A stretch of DNA of 64,000 nucleotides from Flavihumibacter sp. (GCA_036675925.1 JAKFDZ010000002.1:8786-72785), one strand, 5' to 3'; shown: positions 48,768-59,565, numbered from the stretch's first letter. A program made the numbers and translations. The notes: generated by a model from the letters alone, not told the origin.

Positions 48768-51700
48768 ATGACATATATGAGAAAAACATCCCTGATGTTT
48801 ACACTATTGCTATTGGTGGCATTGGTGTATGGACAGGCCCGACAAATTACCGGGCAAGTGAAAGATGCAAGCGGTAATCCCATACCATTTGCTTCGGTGA
48901 AAATAAAAGGAACCAACACAGGTGTTGCGGCCGACCAGAATGGAAATTTTACAATTAGTGCGGAAAAGGGGAATGTATTAGAGATCACAGCAGCCAGCTA
49001 CGAGCGTTTCGAGGTTACTGTAGCTGACCAGGATATAATATCGGTTACACTTGTATCGCAGGATAACCTGAGTGAAGTAGTTGTTACCGCCCTCGGGGTT
49101 CGGCGTGCTAAAAATACACTGCCCTATGCTGCTCAACAAATAAAGGGTGATGAAGTAAACAATATCCGCACGGCCAATGTTGGCGCTGCTTTGTCGGGAA
49201 AAGTTTCCGGAGTGGAGATCCGGCAGGGCAATGGAATAGGAGCCAGCACAAATATTGTAATCAGAGGAACAAAATCACTCACTAATACAAACCAGGCATT
49301 GTTTGTGGTTGATGGTGTTCCCATTAATAACGCCACAGGAAATTCCGCCAACCAGATGACAGGCAGGGGCGGGGTGGACTATGGTAATGCTGCTGCAGAT
49401 ATAAATCCGGATGACATTGAAAACATCAATATTCTTAAAGGGGCTGCGGCTTCTGCCCTTTATGGTTCCAGGGCTGCCAATGGTGTGATCATGATCACAA
49501 CCAAGAAAAGCAGGAGAGGTCTGGGTATTACCATTAACTCAGGTGTGTCTTTTGGTGCCATTGATAAAGAAACATTTGCCAAGTACCAGAATCAGTATGG
49601 CGCAGGTTATTCAGCAGCCTATGGATCACCTGACGAGAATCCCGGCTTCTTTTATTTTGATGTGGATGGTGATGGCCAGGACGACCTGGTCGTTCCGACC
49701 AGTGAAGATGCCTCTTATGGCGACAAATTCGATCCGGACCTGATGGTTTTCCATTGGGATGCCTTCGACCCAACTTCCCCATTTTATAAAACAAAAAAAC
49801 CATGGGTAGCGGCGCAAAATACCCCTGAAACATTTTATGAAAAACCCGTTTCCAATAATAATAGTATCATGCTTGATGGTGCTACCGATAAAGGAAATTT
49901 CAAACTGGGTTATACCCGAAGCCAGGAGAAAGGTATTCTTCCTAACAGTGAGGTGATGAAGAATATTGTGAATTTTGGAGCAGGCTATGAAATAGCGAAA
50001 GGGCTCACTGCATCTACAAATATTAATTTTTCAAAAGTGGAAGGTACCGGCCGTTATGGAACCGGCTATTCAGGCAAGAATGTTAACCAGAACTTCCGCC
50101 AGTGGTACCAGACCAACGTTGATAACGAAGAACAAAAAGAAGCCTATTTCCGTACCCGAAAAAATATCACCTGGAACTGGCAGGACCCTTCCACGGCTGC
50201 TGGTTTACGTCCAATTTATACGGACAATTTTTATTTCATGCGCTATGAGAGTTTTAATAATGATGAGCGTACCAGGATATTCGGTAATGTGGCACTTAAC
50301 TACCAGGCCACTGAATGGCTTAGTTTCCTTGGTAGAATATCCATGGATACTTATGATGAATTGAGAGAAGACCGAACCGGTGTGGGAAGTGTTGATGTAC
50401 CCGGTTATAGCAGGGCCAACAGGCATTTCCAGGAGACCAACTATGACCTGATGGCAAATTTTAATAAAGACCTGAATGATGATTTTAACTTGCAGGCACT
50501 GCTTGGTACTAATATGAGGAGATCAAGGTTTGAATCAATTGATGCTTCCACAAACGGCGGCCTGGTTGTGCCGGGATTATATTCCATTAGCAATTCTCTG
50601 AATCCCATTAATTCACCCACAGAAACATATAACCCAATTGCCGTTGATGGTTATTTCGGGGGAATAACTCTGGGATACAGAAACTTCCTTACACTTGATG
50701 GAACCTACCGGTATGACAGGTCATCAACGCTTCCTGTTGAAAATAACGAGTATGGATATTTTTCTGTTTCAGGTAGCTGGTTATTTTCTGAAAACCTGAA
50801 AAATACATCCTGGCTTTCTTATGGAAAATTGAGGGCCAATTATGCAGAAGTGGGTAATGATGCCCCATGGGGTGCGGTGGCAGATATCTATAGTAAACCT
50901 AACCCATTTGGTAATACAATTCTGTTCACATTGCCAAGTGCAAAAAATAATAATGAACTACTTCCGGAGAGAACCAATAGTAAAGAGTTGGGCCTTGAAA
51001 TGGCATTCTTCGGAAGCCGGCTTGGCTTTGATGTGAGTTATTATGTTACCAATACGATCAACCAGTTAATACCTGTTGCAGTTTCCATGGCAAGTGGTTA
51101 TAGCAGTAAGTGGCAAAATGCCGGAGATGTGCAGAATAAGGGTATTGAAGTATCATTGTATGGTACGCCTGTTAAGACAAGAGATTTTACCTGGACCACA
51201 AATATCAACTGGACAAGAAACAGGAACGAAGTGACTGCACTCTTTGGTGAAAGCAGGAACCTCCAGATTGCTTCTTTCCAGGGTGGTGTTTCTATAAATG
51301 CAACACTTAATGAGCCCTATGGTGCCATTATGGGACGTACCTGGGTTTTTCATGAAAATGGAGGAAGGATAGTGAGAAGTACTGGACGATATGCACTATC
51401 TACGTCAACAAATAATGTAATAGGAAATATGAATCCCGATTGGATCGGAGGTATCTACAATACTTTCAGGTATAAAGACCTCTCTCTCGGATTCCTGATT
51501 GATGTTCGGCATGGAGGTGATCTGTTTTCTCTCGACCTCTATTATGGAATGGCAACGGGATTGTATCCTGAAACTGTTCAGCTCAATGACCTCGGTAATC
51601 CATCCCGGAATTCTTTAGAAGATGGTGGTGGAATTATAGTGCCAGGTGTAACAGATGATGGTAAGGAAAATACCTTGCGGGTGCCAAATGATTTTGGAAC

Positions 51701-51989
51701 CTATGGCTATGCATATAATCCGGCCGCAGCATTTATATATGATGCCAGCTATGTTAAATTAAGAGAGATGAATCTTACTTACAATTTGCCAACATCACTC
51801 CTCAACAAGCTTGCTCCATTTAAGGGTATATCATTCTCCATAATTGGAAGGAATCTTTGGATCATCCATAAGAACCTTCCATATGCCGATCCTGAAGAAA
51901 ATCTTTCTTCGGGTAATGCCCAGGGATACCAAAGTGGTGCTTATCCCACAACAAGGCAAATCGGACTTAACCTTAAACTGAAATTCTAA
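48768..51989 (+). CDS. SusC/RagA family TonB-dependent transporter
   Basis: N-terminal extension, LSEVVVTALG, DINPDDIE..ILKGAAASALYGSRAANGVI, terminal F. Confidence 0.95.
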   Translation: MTYMRKTSLMFTLLLLVALVYGQARQITGQVKDASGNPIPFASVKIKGTNTGVAADQNGNFTISAEKGNVLEITAASYERFEVTVADQDIISVTLVSQDNLSEVVVTALGVRRAKNTLPYAAQQIKGDEVNNIRTANVGAALSGKVSGVEIRQGNGIGASTNIVIRGTKSLTNTNQALFVVDGVPINNATGNSANQMTGRGGVDYGNAAADINPDDIENINILKGAAASALYGSRAANGVIMITTKKSRRGLGITINSGVSFGAIDKETFAKYQNQYGAGYSAAYGSPDENPGFFYFDVDGDGQDDLVVPTSEDASYGDKFDPDLMVFHWDAFDPTSPFYKTKKPWVAAQNTPETFYEKPVSNNNSIMLDGATDKGNFKLGYTRSQEKGILPNSEVMKNIVNFGAGYEIAKGLTASTNINFSKVEGTGRYGTGYSGKNVNQNFRQWYQTNVDNEEQKEAYFRTRKNITWNWQDPSTAAGLRPIYTDNFYFMRYESFNNDERTRIFGNVALNYQATEWLSFLGRISMDTYDELREDRTGVGSVDVPGYSRANRHFQETNYDLMANFNKDLNDDFNLQALLGTNMRRSRFESIDASTNGGLVVPGLYSISNSLNPINSPTETYNPIAVDGYFGGITLGYRNFLTLDGTYRYDRSSTLPVENNEYGYFSVSGSWLFSENLKNTSWLSYGKLRANYAEVGNDAPWGAVADIYSKPNPFGNTILFTLPSAKNNNELLPERTNSKELGLEMAFFGSRLGFDVSYYVTNTINQLIPVAVSMASGYSSKWQNAGDVQNKGIEVSLYGTPVKTRDFTWTTNINWTRNRNEVTALFGESRNLQIASFQGGVSINATLNEPYGAIMGRTWVFHENGGRIVRSTGRYALSTSTNNVIGNMNPDWIGGIYNTFRYKDLSLGFLIDVRHGGDLFSLDLYYGMATGLYPETVQLNDLGNPSRNSLEDGGGIIVPGVTDDGKENTLRVPNDFGTYGYAYNPAAAFIYDASYVKLREMNLTYNLPTSLLNKLAPFKGISFSIIGRNLWIIHKNLPYADPEENLSSGNAQGYQSGAYPTTRQIGLNLKLKF

Positions 51990-52000
51990 AAAAGCAAGTC

Positions 52001-53434
52001 ATGAAAAATTATCTTATAGGTGTCACCATATTATTTATGACAATGATATCGTGTACAAAGGATATTTCCAGATTTAATGAAGAAACAAAATTGCCTGCTG
52101 TGGTTCCTGCAGAAACCTTGTTTTCTAACGCACTTGTTAGTTTAACGCGGACACTCGCCACACCAAATGTAAACACTAATATATTCCGCTATGTTGTGCA
52201 GCATTGGGCTTCAACAACCTATCAGGACGAGCCTAATTATGATTTTTTTACCAGGAATATTCCACAAACATGGTGGGCGATCATGTACCGTGATGTGCTG
52301 GCAGATCTTAAAGAATCAAAGAAGATTATTGCAGCTACCGAACCGGGACTTGAATCAGAAGCAACCCTCCAAAACCAGACAGCTATTGTTGATTTGATGG
52401 AAGTTTACGTTTACTCCATACTGGTGAACACATTTGGTGATGTTCCCTATTCAGAGTCGAATGATTTCAACAATCTTTTTCCTGCTTACGATGATGCGAA
52501 AACGATCTATGATGATCTGTTTACCAGGATAGATAATAATATTGCTGCATTAAGCACGGAGGGAAATGGGTTTAGCAGTAAGGCAGACCTGATATACCAG
52601 GGCGATGTTTCGCATTGGATAAAATTTGCCAATACTTTAAAGATGCGGCTGGCCATGACTGTTGCAGACGTGGATGATACCGCACAGCAAAAATTTGAAG
52701 AAGCAGAGGAAAATGGTTTTAACAGTTCTGATGATAATGCAGCTTTTCATTTTTTAGCAGCATCGCCTAATACCAATCCAATTTGGGAAGATCTGGTACA
52801 AAGTGGAAGAGCTGATTTTGTAGCAGGCAAACCCTTGCTTGATAAAATGGTTGAATTGAAAGATCCAAGGCTTGCAGTCTTCTTTGAACCAAATAATGAT
52901 GGTGATTATGTAGGTGGTCTTATTGGCGAAAATAATACTTATGCAACTGTTGCCCGTCCAAGTGAGCAGATCAAAGACCCTACGCTTGCACATCTTTTGC
53001 TTGATTATGTTGAAGCCGAATTTCTTCGTGCTGAAGCTATTGAGCGAGGATGGAGTGTTGCGGGTACTGCTGCTGAACACTATGCCAATGCAGTGAGGGC
53101 TTCTATTATTTATTGGGGTGGTACTGATGCAGCTGCTACAGCTTACCTGGCGCAGCCGGCAGTTGCTTATGCTACTGCAGCTGGTGACTGGAAAGCTAAG
53201 ATCGGTTTGCAAAAATGGATAGCCCTGCATAATCGTCCATTTACTGGTTGGATGGAATTGCGTCGTCTTGATTTCCCTGTTTTAAGTTTACCCGCAGAAC
53301 CAGAGTCCGGATTTCCTGCAAGATTTACTTATCCTATCAATGAGCAAACACTCAATCCCGATAATTATACTTCAGCTTCTTCAGCCATTGGAGGTGATGA
53401 AGTAGAGACAAAACTTTTCTGGGATATATATTGA
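52001..53434 (+). CDS. SusD/RagB family lipoprotein
   Basis: Lipobox MISC, FGDVPYS, WIKFANTLK, QKWIAL, RRLDFP, LFWD. Confidence 0.93.
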   Translation: MKNYLIGVTILFMTMISCTKDISRFNEETKLPAVVPAETLFSNALVSLTRTLATPNVNTNIFRYVVQHWASTTYQDEPNYDFFTRNIPQTWWAIMYRDVLADLKESKKIIAATEPGLESEATLQNQTAIVDLMEVYVYSILVNTFGDVPYSESNDFNNLFPAYDDAKTIYDDLFTRIDNNIAALSTEGNGFSSKADLIYQGDVSHWIKFANTLKMRLAMTVADVDDTAQQKFEEAEENGFNSSDDNAAFHFLAASPNTNPIWEDLVQSGRADFVAGKPLLDKMVELKDPRLAVFFEPNNDGDYVGGLIGENNTYATVARPSEQIKDPTLAHLLLDYVEAEFLRAEAIERGWSVAGTAAEHYANAVRASIIYWGGTDAAATAYLAQPAVAYATAAGDWKAKIGLQKWIALHNRPFTGWMELRRLDFPVLSLPAEPESGFPARFTYPINEQTLNPDNYTSASSAIGGDEVETKLFWDIY

Positions 53435-53473
53435 TGCCAGAATTTTAGGCCCTGTTTTAATTCCCTATTTTCT

Positions 53474-53501
53474 AATGGCTCCGCAACAGCGGAGCCATTT
53501 T
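53474..53501 (+). terminator. Intrinsic terminator after susD
   Basis: AATGGCTCCGC-aaca-GCGGAGCCATT-TT. Confidence 0.8.
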
Positions 53502-53575
53502 AGGTTTAATAACGGTTATGAATACCGTTAAAACACGCTTGACCACCTAATAGAATATTTTGATCTTGCTCTTGT

Positions 53576-54379
53576 ATGAAGTGTGCGTGTGTGTGTATGT
53601 TGTTATGGCTGCTGTGTTCCGGTTTACAAGCCCAGGACCTTTTTGATAGATCCTCCGCTGTGGCTGGTGCATGGAGCCATAACTTTTTAAGTCCGGAAGC
53701 AGCGTTGATAAATCCTGCATCAACAGCGCCAGACTCGCATCTGGTTCTAAGGATAGTGACAATAAGACCATATATGATACCCGGCTTGTCGGTCAGCAGG
53801 ATCAGTGCACAGGGTAGTTTAATGAAGAATATTTCAATTGCAGCAGGCATCAGTAATTTGGCAAATCCAGATTTCAGGGAGCTGCAATTTTATATGGCAA
53901 GCGGCAGGAAATTGGGTGAAAATTATAGTGTCGGTATTTCTATAGATGTCTCAAACAGCAAAGCAAGAGGGTATGGCGGATTGAAGAATTACCGGGCTTT
54001 GGCTTCAGTAGCCAGGAATGTGAATGCAATGCATACAGCTGTATCAGTTTTCTTTGAAAGCAGTGAAACAGCAGGACGCAACTTTTATCCTGGAGTTATT
54101 GCGGGTATAGGCAAAGAATGGGCACCCTCATTTTATACTGACCTGGCTCTGATGATATCAGCAAGAACACAAGTTGTAAATACTTCGCTGCAGTATATCG
54201 CATTGTCAAAGCTACTGCTGGCAATCAGGGTGATCAGCGATCCTATGCGTCTTGATTTTGAATCAGGTTGGATCTACCAAAAGCTTCGGCTCAGCGTGCT
54301 GGGAGGCTGGCACCCGCAACTGGGCTGGTCACCCGGATTTGCACTTCAGTATTCACCTGCTTTAAAGGAATCAAGATGA
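53576..54379 (+). CDS. Hypothetical outer-membrane beta-barrel-like protein
   Basis: Signal peptide, INPAS motif, amphipathic strands, HPQLGWS near the C-terminus; ATGA-coupled to the next gene. Confidence 0.55.
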   Translation: MKCACVCMLLWLLCSGLQAQDLFDRSSAVAGAWSHNFLSPEAALINPASTAPDSHLVLRIVTIRPYMIPGLSVSRISAQGSLMKNISIAAGISNLANPDFRELQFYMASGRKLGENYSVGISIDVSNSKARGYGGLKNYRALASVARNVNAMHTAVSVFFESSETAGRNFYPGVIAGIGKEWAPSFYTDLALMISARTQVVNTSLQYIALSKLLLAIRVISDPMRLDFESGWIYQKLRLSVLGGWHPQLGWSPGFALQYSPALKESR

Positions 54380-56421
54380 TGCGGTTCCTGCTTAGCTGCT
54401 TGCTCATACTAAATTCAGCTGCATCATTTACGCAGGAGGTAAGTGAGCCAGATGCACTTGCCCTTGAAGCAATGGCAGAGATTACTGAATCGGATATAGA
54501 AAATAATGATTTGCAATTAGATCTTCAGCATCTGGTGTCGCATCCAATTTCCATAAACAGAATAGAAGGATCATTACTTGCCGATATATTCCGCTTAACA
54601 CCCCTCCAGGTTGCATCTTTCCTGAATTACAGAAAGGTTTTTGGTTCTATCCGAAGTAAATATGAATTGCAGGCTATTCCATATTGGTCCCCGGACCTTA
54701 TCAGGCAAATTGCAAAATTCTTTCGTTTTTCGGATGAGGATGCAGGTGATGGAAACATTCTCAATTTACTTAAACGGGGCAATCACCAACTTCTTATGAG
54801 GACAAGTGGACTGGCAGAAAGGCTAAAGGGGACAACCCCAGACAGTATGGGTGTAAAAGTATATCCGGGTAGTCCGCAACGTGTTTTTTTCAGGTACACT
54901 TATCAATATAAGCAACTCTTATGGTATGGCTTTACGGGAGATAAAGATGCCGGTGAAACCCTTATTACAAAAGGTTCTTCTCTTCCGGATTTTACCAGTT
55001 TCCATTTTTTTGTACGAAGAAAAGGTTTAATTAAAACAATAGCAGTCGGAGATTATACAATTAATATTGGACAGGGGTTGGTACAATGGCAGGGCCTTGC
55101 TTTTGGTAAAACAAGTGATGCTATGGCTATTTACCGGCAGGGGAATACCCTGCAACCTTATAGATCTGGAGGCGAGTTTAATTTTCACAGAGGAGGGGCG
55201 CTTCAATTTCAAAAGAAGCGATATGAGCTTTCTGTTTTCGGTTCATTAAGAAAGCTTTCAGGCAGTCTCCTTGTTGATTCCGGTAACATTATAGGTTTTA
55301 GTAGCATCAATGAATCGGGATATCATCGTACCCCCGGAGAAAGGACAGGCAGAAAACAGATAACGCAAATGTCTTATGGGGCACACATGCAATACCTGGG
55401 AACAAGGTTTCGGGGAGGTATCAGCATGATCAGGTATAATTTTTCTATGCCTTTAATTCCCAGGGATGCGCCTTATAACCTTTTTAATATGAGGGGAATA
55501 AACTGGTGGAATACGGGAATCCATTACAGCCTCAGCATCCGGAATCTTTTTCTTTTCGGTGAAGCCGCAACCTGTAAAACGGGGCTCGCTATGATCCAGG
55601 GTGTGGTAATTAGCCTGAATTCAAAAGCTGATATGGCAATTGTTTACCGCAACCTTCAGCCTGGCTATCAAAGTTTGTATGCGCGAACGTTTTCAGAAAA
55701 TTCAAATGTTAGTAATGAAGTAGGTACATATATGGGGCTGACCCTTTTGCCTCACCCTTCCTGGAAGGTGCAGGCATATATTGACTTTTACAGATTTCCG
55801 TGGCTTCGGTTCCGGGTTGATGCTCCTACTAATGGTTCAGAGTGGTTACTACAGTTTACTTATACCAAAAGAAGAAAATGGGAGGGAATGCTTCGCTTGC
55901 GTAGTAGTTTAAAGCCGGAAAATGAATCAGGTGAGGTCATCAATCAAATAGTTCCGAATGTGAATAAAAATGCGAGAATACATTTTGAAAAGATTTTCAA
56001 CCCACAATGGGTATTTGCCGCCAGGTTAGACCAGGTATGGTTTGAAAAATCTTCAAATAAGAACCTGGGCTCTGCTTTTTACCTCGATGCCCGATATCAA
56101 CCTAAAAGAAGTTCTCATGTTATTTCGGCGCGACTGCATTATTTCAATACCGATGGCTATGATGCACGTATATATGCCTACGAGCGTGATCTGCTCTATT
56201 CATTTTCTATCCCAGCATTTTATGATAAGGGCTGGAGATATTACCTTCAGCTCCATGGGAAGCTTCGTAGGGATATGATTATAAAAGGGCTTAAAGTTCA
56301 ATGGTGGTTGCGTTGGGCTCAAACCGTTTACAATAATAGGGAAACAGTTGGCTCGGGCTATGACGAGATCATAGGTAACCGGCGTTCTGAATGGAAATGC
56401 CAGTTAATGCTTAGCAGGTAA
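54376..56421 (+). CDS. ComEA-like helix-hairpin-helix domain protein with beta-rich C-terminal region
   Basis: PISIN...LTPLQV..FLNYRKVFG..RSKYELQAIP; DKDAGE, GQGL, SGYHRT, RIYAYE motifs. Confidence 0.75.
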   Translation: MMRFLLSCLLILNSAASFTQEVSEPDALALEAMAEITESDIENNDLQLDLQHLVSHPISINRIEGSLLADIFRLTPLQVASFLNYRKVFGSIRSKYELQAIPYWSPDLIRQIAKFFRFSDEDAGDGNILNLLKRGNHQLLMRTSGLAERLKGTTPDSMGVKVYPGSPQRVFFRYTYQYKQLLWYGFTGDKDAGETLITKGSSLPDFTSFHFFVRRKGLIKTIAVGDYTINIGQGLVQWQGLAFGKTSDAMAIYRQGNTLQPYRSGGEFNFHRGGALQFQKKRYELSVFGSLRKLSGSLLVDSGNIIGFSSINESGYHRTPGERTGRKQITQMSYGAHMQYLGTRFRGGISMIRYNFSMPLIPRDAPYNLFNMRGINWWNTGIHYSLSIRNLFLFGEAATCKTGLAMIQGVVISLNSKADMAIVYRNLQPGYQSLYARTFSENSNVSNEVGTYMGLTLLPHPSWKVQAYIDFYRFPWLRFRVDAPTNGSEWLLQFTYTKRRKWEGMLRLRSSLKPENESGEVINQIVPNVNKNARIHFEKIFNPQWVFAARLDQVWFEKSSNKNLGSAFYLDARYQPKRSSHVISARLHYFNTDGYDARIYAYERDLLYSFSIPAFYDKGWRYYLQLHGKLRRDMIIKGLKVQWWLRWAQTVYNNRETVGSGYDEIIGNRRSEWKCQLMLSR

Positions 56422-56468
56422 CCAAAGAAGAACGCTTTTTATTAGCTTTGAACATTAAATCGATTATA

Positions 56469-56786
56469 ATGGAGAACAGCAATAATAATCCGGCCAACCA
56501 ACTCAACATTGAAATATCTGAAGAAGTAGCAGAAGGGGAATATGCAAATCTTGCAATCATCACGCATTCACATGCAGAATTTGTTATCGACTTTGTAAAC
56601 GTGATGCCCGGTACTCCCAAGAGCAGGGTTAAATCCAGGATCATTCTCACCCCACAGCATGCCAAAAGATTCATGAAGGCCCTTATAGAAAATATTGACC
56701 GTTTTGAAGATGTGAATGGTGAGATCAAAGACCTTGAAGAAGTTCAGATCCCAATGAATTTCGGGGGACCAGCCGCACAGGCTTAA
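56469..56786 (+). CDS. DUF3467 family protein
   Basis: GEYANLAIITHS..EFVIDF, SRIILTPQHAKRF. Confidence 0.85.
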   Translation: MENSNNNPANQLNIEISEEVAEGEYANLAIITHSHAEFVIDFVNVMPGTPKSRVKSRIILTPQHAKRFMKALIENIDRFEDVNGEIKDLEEVQIPMNFGGPAAQA

Positions 56787-56789
56787 TGG

Positions 56790-57482
56790 TCATAAAAGAC
56801 CCTCATCCGCAAAACTGAAATAGCCTTCCGTACTCACTATAATATGGTCCATTACCTTGATATCAAGGAGCTTGGCGGCTTCCCGTATTTTGTAGGTCAG
56901 TTCTTCATCAGCTTTGCTGGGCTTCAGGTTGCCCGAGGGATGGTTATGACTTAGTATCAATGCAACAGCTTCCTGTTCAAGGGCTTTTTTCATAATTATG
57001 CGTGGGTCGGCCACAGTTCCGGTTATTCCCCCTGAGCTTATAATTTCTGAATGGCGGATCTTATTGGCACGGTTGAGGAACAATACAACAAATACTTCAT
57101 GGCGGTAGTCCTGGAATAGCTGTTGCAGGTAAAGCGCAACATCCCTGCTGCTGGTAATGATGGGGCAATCGAGTGCCAGTGCGGCCTGCCTTCGGCGGCC
57201 AAGTTCCATGGCTGCAGTAATGATCACTGCCTTTGCTTCCCCAATTCCCTTTACTTTCATCAGATCAAAAACAGAAAGTTTACCCAGTTCCTGGAGGTTA
57301 TTTCTACACAACTGCATCAGGTCGCGGGCCAGGTCAAGGGCAGACCGATCGCGATTTCCGTTATTCAGGAGAATTGCAAGCAATTCTGCATCGCTGAGTG
57401 ATATGGGACTTTTACTAAGTAGTTTTTCCCTTGGTCTATCGTCTTTTGCCCATGATTTAATTGAGTAGTTCCGCTCTTGCAT
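56790..57482 (-). CDS. radC: RadC (JAB/MPN domain) protein
   Basis: RPREKL, LSDAELLAILL, GIGEAKA, HNHPSG..PS..D, DHII. Confidence 0.95.
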   Translation of the reverse strand: MQERNYSIKSWAKDDRPREKLLSKSPISLSDAELLAILLNNGNRDRSALDLARDLMQLCRNNLQELGKLSVFDLMKVKGIGEAKAVIITAAMELGRRRQAALALDCPIITSSRDVALYLQQLFQDYRHEVFVVLFLNRANKIRHSEIISSGGITGTVADPRIIMKKALEQEAVALILSHNHPSGNLKPSKADEELTYKIREAAKLLDIKVMDHIIVSTEGYFSFADEGLL

Positions 57483-57570
57483 GAGGTAAGATTAATCAAT
57501 AATTTTATGCCAGAAAACAGGGTTTTAACCCAATATCCAAACTGATCCTTTTGAAAAACATTTAAAATCA

Positions 57571-57780
57571 ATGTCCATGAACGCCCGTACATTCAACCTC
57601 TTAGGAGGCTTCCAATCGATGTTATTCTGCATTGGGATTTATGTGGTTGCACTTTTCTTTTCCATCTTTATCTGTTCTGCAATTTTTAAGGCGGTAAGTA
57701 GCCGTAAAGTTGCTGATATTGGTGCTGTGAAAGGGATTCAGCCATCTGCCACTGCCCATGCCCTGGTAGCATCCAGGTAA
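57571..57780 (+). CDS. Small membrane protein
   Basis: One long hydrophobic helix; followed by its own terminator. Confidence 0.55.
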   Translation: MSMNARTFNLLGGFQSMLFCIGIYVVALFFSIFICSAIFKAVSSRKVADIGAVKGIQPSATAHALVASR

Positions 57781-57801
57781 AGCAGAAGATTAAAATAGTT
57801 G

Positions 57802-57830
57802 AAGGTTGTACCATTGGTACGACCTTTTTT
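57802..57830 (+). terminator. Intrinsic terminator
   Basis: AAGGTTGTACCA-t-TGGTACGACCTT-TTTT. Confidence 0.7.
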
Positions 57831-57889
57831 GTTTTAAGGGCCATTCTTTTTCTGCCAATGTTTATCTTCGCCGCACCAACTCTACGTCT

Positions 57890-58855
57890 ATGACCGCAAA
57901 AATCTTCTCCGGTACTGGTTCTCAATACCTGGCAGAAAAGATCGCCAACAGCTATGGAATTCCGATGGGTAAGATCAATATCCAGAAATTCAGCGATGGA
58001 GAGATCCAACCTGTATACCAGGAAAGTATCAGGGGAGATGTTGTTTTCCTCGTGCAGAGTACTTTTTCGCCCTCAGACAACCTTATGGAGTTGTTGCTGA
58101 TGATAGATGCAGCCCGCAGGGCGTCGGCTTATAAAGTGATAGCTGTCATTCCATATTATGGGTATGCGCGGCAGGACAGAAAGGATAAACCCCGTGTTGC
58201 TATTGGTAGTAAGCTGATTGCCAATATGTTAACTGCAGCAGGTGCCGATAGGGTAATTACTATGGATCTTCACGCTCCCCAAATCCAGGGATATTTCGAT
58301 ATACCCGTTGATCACCTCGACAGTTCTGTAATTTTTATACCATATATAGAGCAACTAAAACTGGAAAACCTTACCTTTGCGGCCCCTGACGTAGGAAGTG
58401 CCAACAGAATCAGGGAAATAGCAAGTTATTTCAATGCCGAAATGGTTATCTGTGACAAGCACAGAAAGCGGGCAAATGAAATCGCTAGCATGGTGGTTAT
58501 CGGTGATGTGACTGACAGGAATGTGATACTGATAGATGATATCTGTGATACTGGTGGTACACTCGCAAAAAGTGCCGGTTTGCTGATGGAGAAGGGCGCT
58601 ACAACCGTTAGGGCAATGTGTACTCATCCTGTTCTGAGTGGTAAGGCATATGAAAATATTGCCAATAGCGTGTTGGAAGAATTGGTGGTTTGTGATACCA
58701 TACCATTGAAACAGGATATAGAAAAGATCAAGGTGTTATCAGTGGCAGATCTTTTTGGGAAAGCATTGAGGAATGCATTTGAGCAAAGAAGTATTACCAG
58801 TCTTTTCATTCATTCGCAAAGGCGTGAACAGGAAAAGATCCAGGAAGAACAATGA
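57890..58855 (+). CDS. prs: Ribose-phosphate pyrophosphokinase
   Basis: FSDGE, PYYGYARQDRK, DLHAPQIQGYF, DDICDTGGT. Confidence 0.96.
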   Translation: MTAKIFSGTGSQYLAEKIANSYGIPMGKINIQKFSDGEIQPVYQESIRGDVVFLVQSTFSPSDNLMELLLMIDAARRASAYKVIAVIPYYGYARQDRKDKPRVAIGSKLIANMLTAAGADRVITMDLHAPQIQGYFDIPVDHLDSSVIFIPYIEQLKLENLTFAAPDVGSANRIREIASYFNAEMVICDKHRKRANEIASMVVIGDVTDRNVILIDDICDTGGTLAKSAGLLMEKGATTVRAMCTHPVLSGKAYENIANSVLEELVVCDTIPLKQDIEKIKVLSVADLFGKALRNAFEQRSITSLFIHSQRREQEKIQEEQ

Positions 58856-58882
58856 AATAAGCTTTTTTAAATACAAACAATA

Positions 58883-59470
58883 ATGAAAACAATTACAATC
58901 GAAGGACAACTCAGGACCGAAACCGGGAAAAAAGCCACCCGCCAACTTCGCTCTGAGGAGAAAGTGCCAGGTGTAATTTACGGCGGTGAGAAAGAAATTA
59001 ATTTCGTAGCACCAGCAAAGGCCTTCAAGCCACTGGTATATACTGCAGAATTTCTACTTGCAGAAGTAAAGATCGATGGCAAGTCTTACAAATGTATCCT
59101 GAAGGATATGCAGTTTGACAAGGTTTCTGATCTACTTACACACGTTGATCTCCAGGAGCTGGTTGAAGACAAAAAAGTTGTTGCGTCTTTACCTCTTCAT
59201 CTCACCGGGGCTCCGGCCGGCGTTAAAGCAGGTGGTAAGCTGGTAACAAAGATCAAAGCATTGAAAGTGAAAACCCTTCCGAAATACCTGAAGGAAAGTA
59301 TTGAACTCGATATCACCAACCTCGAGCTTAATCAAAACATTCGTGTTGAAGATGTAAAGGCAGATAATATGGAGATCATGATCTCTCCACGTATTCCTAT
59401 TGCATCAATTGTTATGACACGTCAGCTTAAGCAGGAAGAAGCTGATAAGGAAAAAACAGCTAAGAAATAA
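58883..59470 (+). CDS. rplY: 50S ribosomal protein bL25/Ctc
   Basis: GKKATRQLR, VPGVIYG, HVD; prs-rplY-pth gene order. Confidence 0.95.
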   Translation: MKTITIEGQLRTETGKKATRQLRSEEKVPGVIYGGEKEINFVAPAKAFKPLVYTAEFLLAEVKIDGKSYKCILKDMQFDKVSDLLTHVDLQELVEDKKVVASLPLHLTGAPAGVKAGGKLVTKIKALKVKTLPKYLKESIELDITNLELNQNIRVEDVKADNMEIMISPRIPIASIVMTRQLKQEEADKEKTAKK

Positions 59471-59487
59471 ACTGGCGATCAGTATAG

Positions 59488-59531
59488 AAAAATGAAAAAG
59501 TGAAAGTATGACCTTTCACTTTTTCATTTTT
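59488..59531. terminator. Perfect 19-bp hairpin, probable (bidirectional) terminator
   Basis: AAAAATGAAAAAGTGAAAG-tatgac-CTTTCACTTTTTCATTTTT. Confidence 0.75.
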
Positions 59532-59565
59532 ACAACTTTTGCATTCACCGTAGATTTGATTCCTG

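Noticed and set aside
57790-57890. tRNA upstream of prs
   Set aside because: Only a single terminator-like hairpin; no cloverleaf or TTCGA T-loop.
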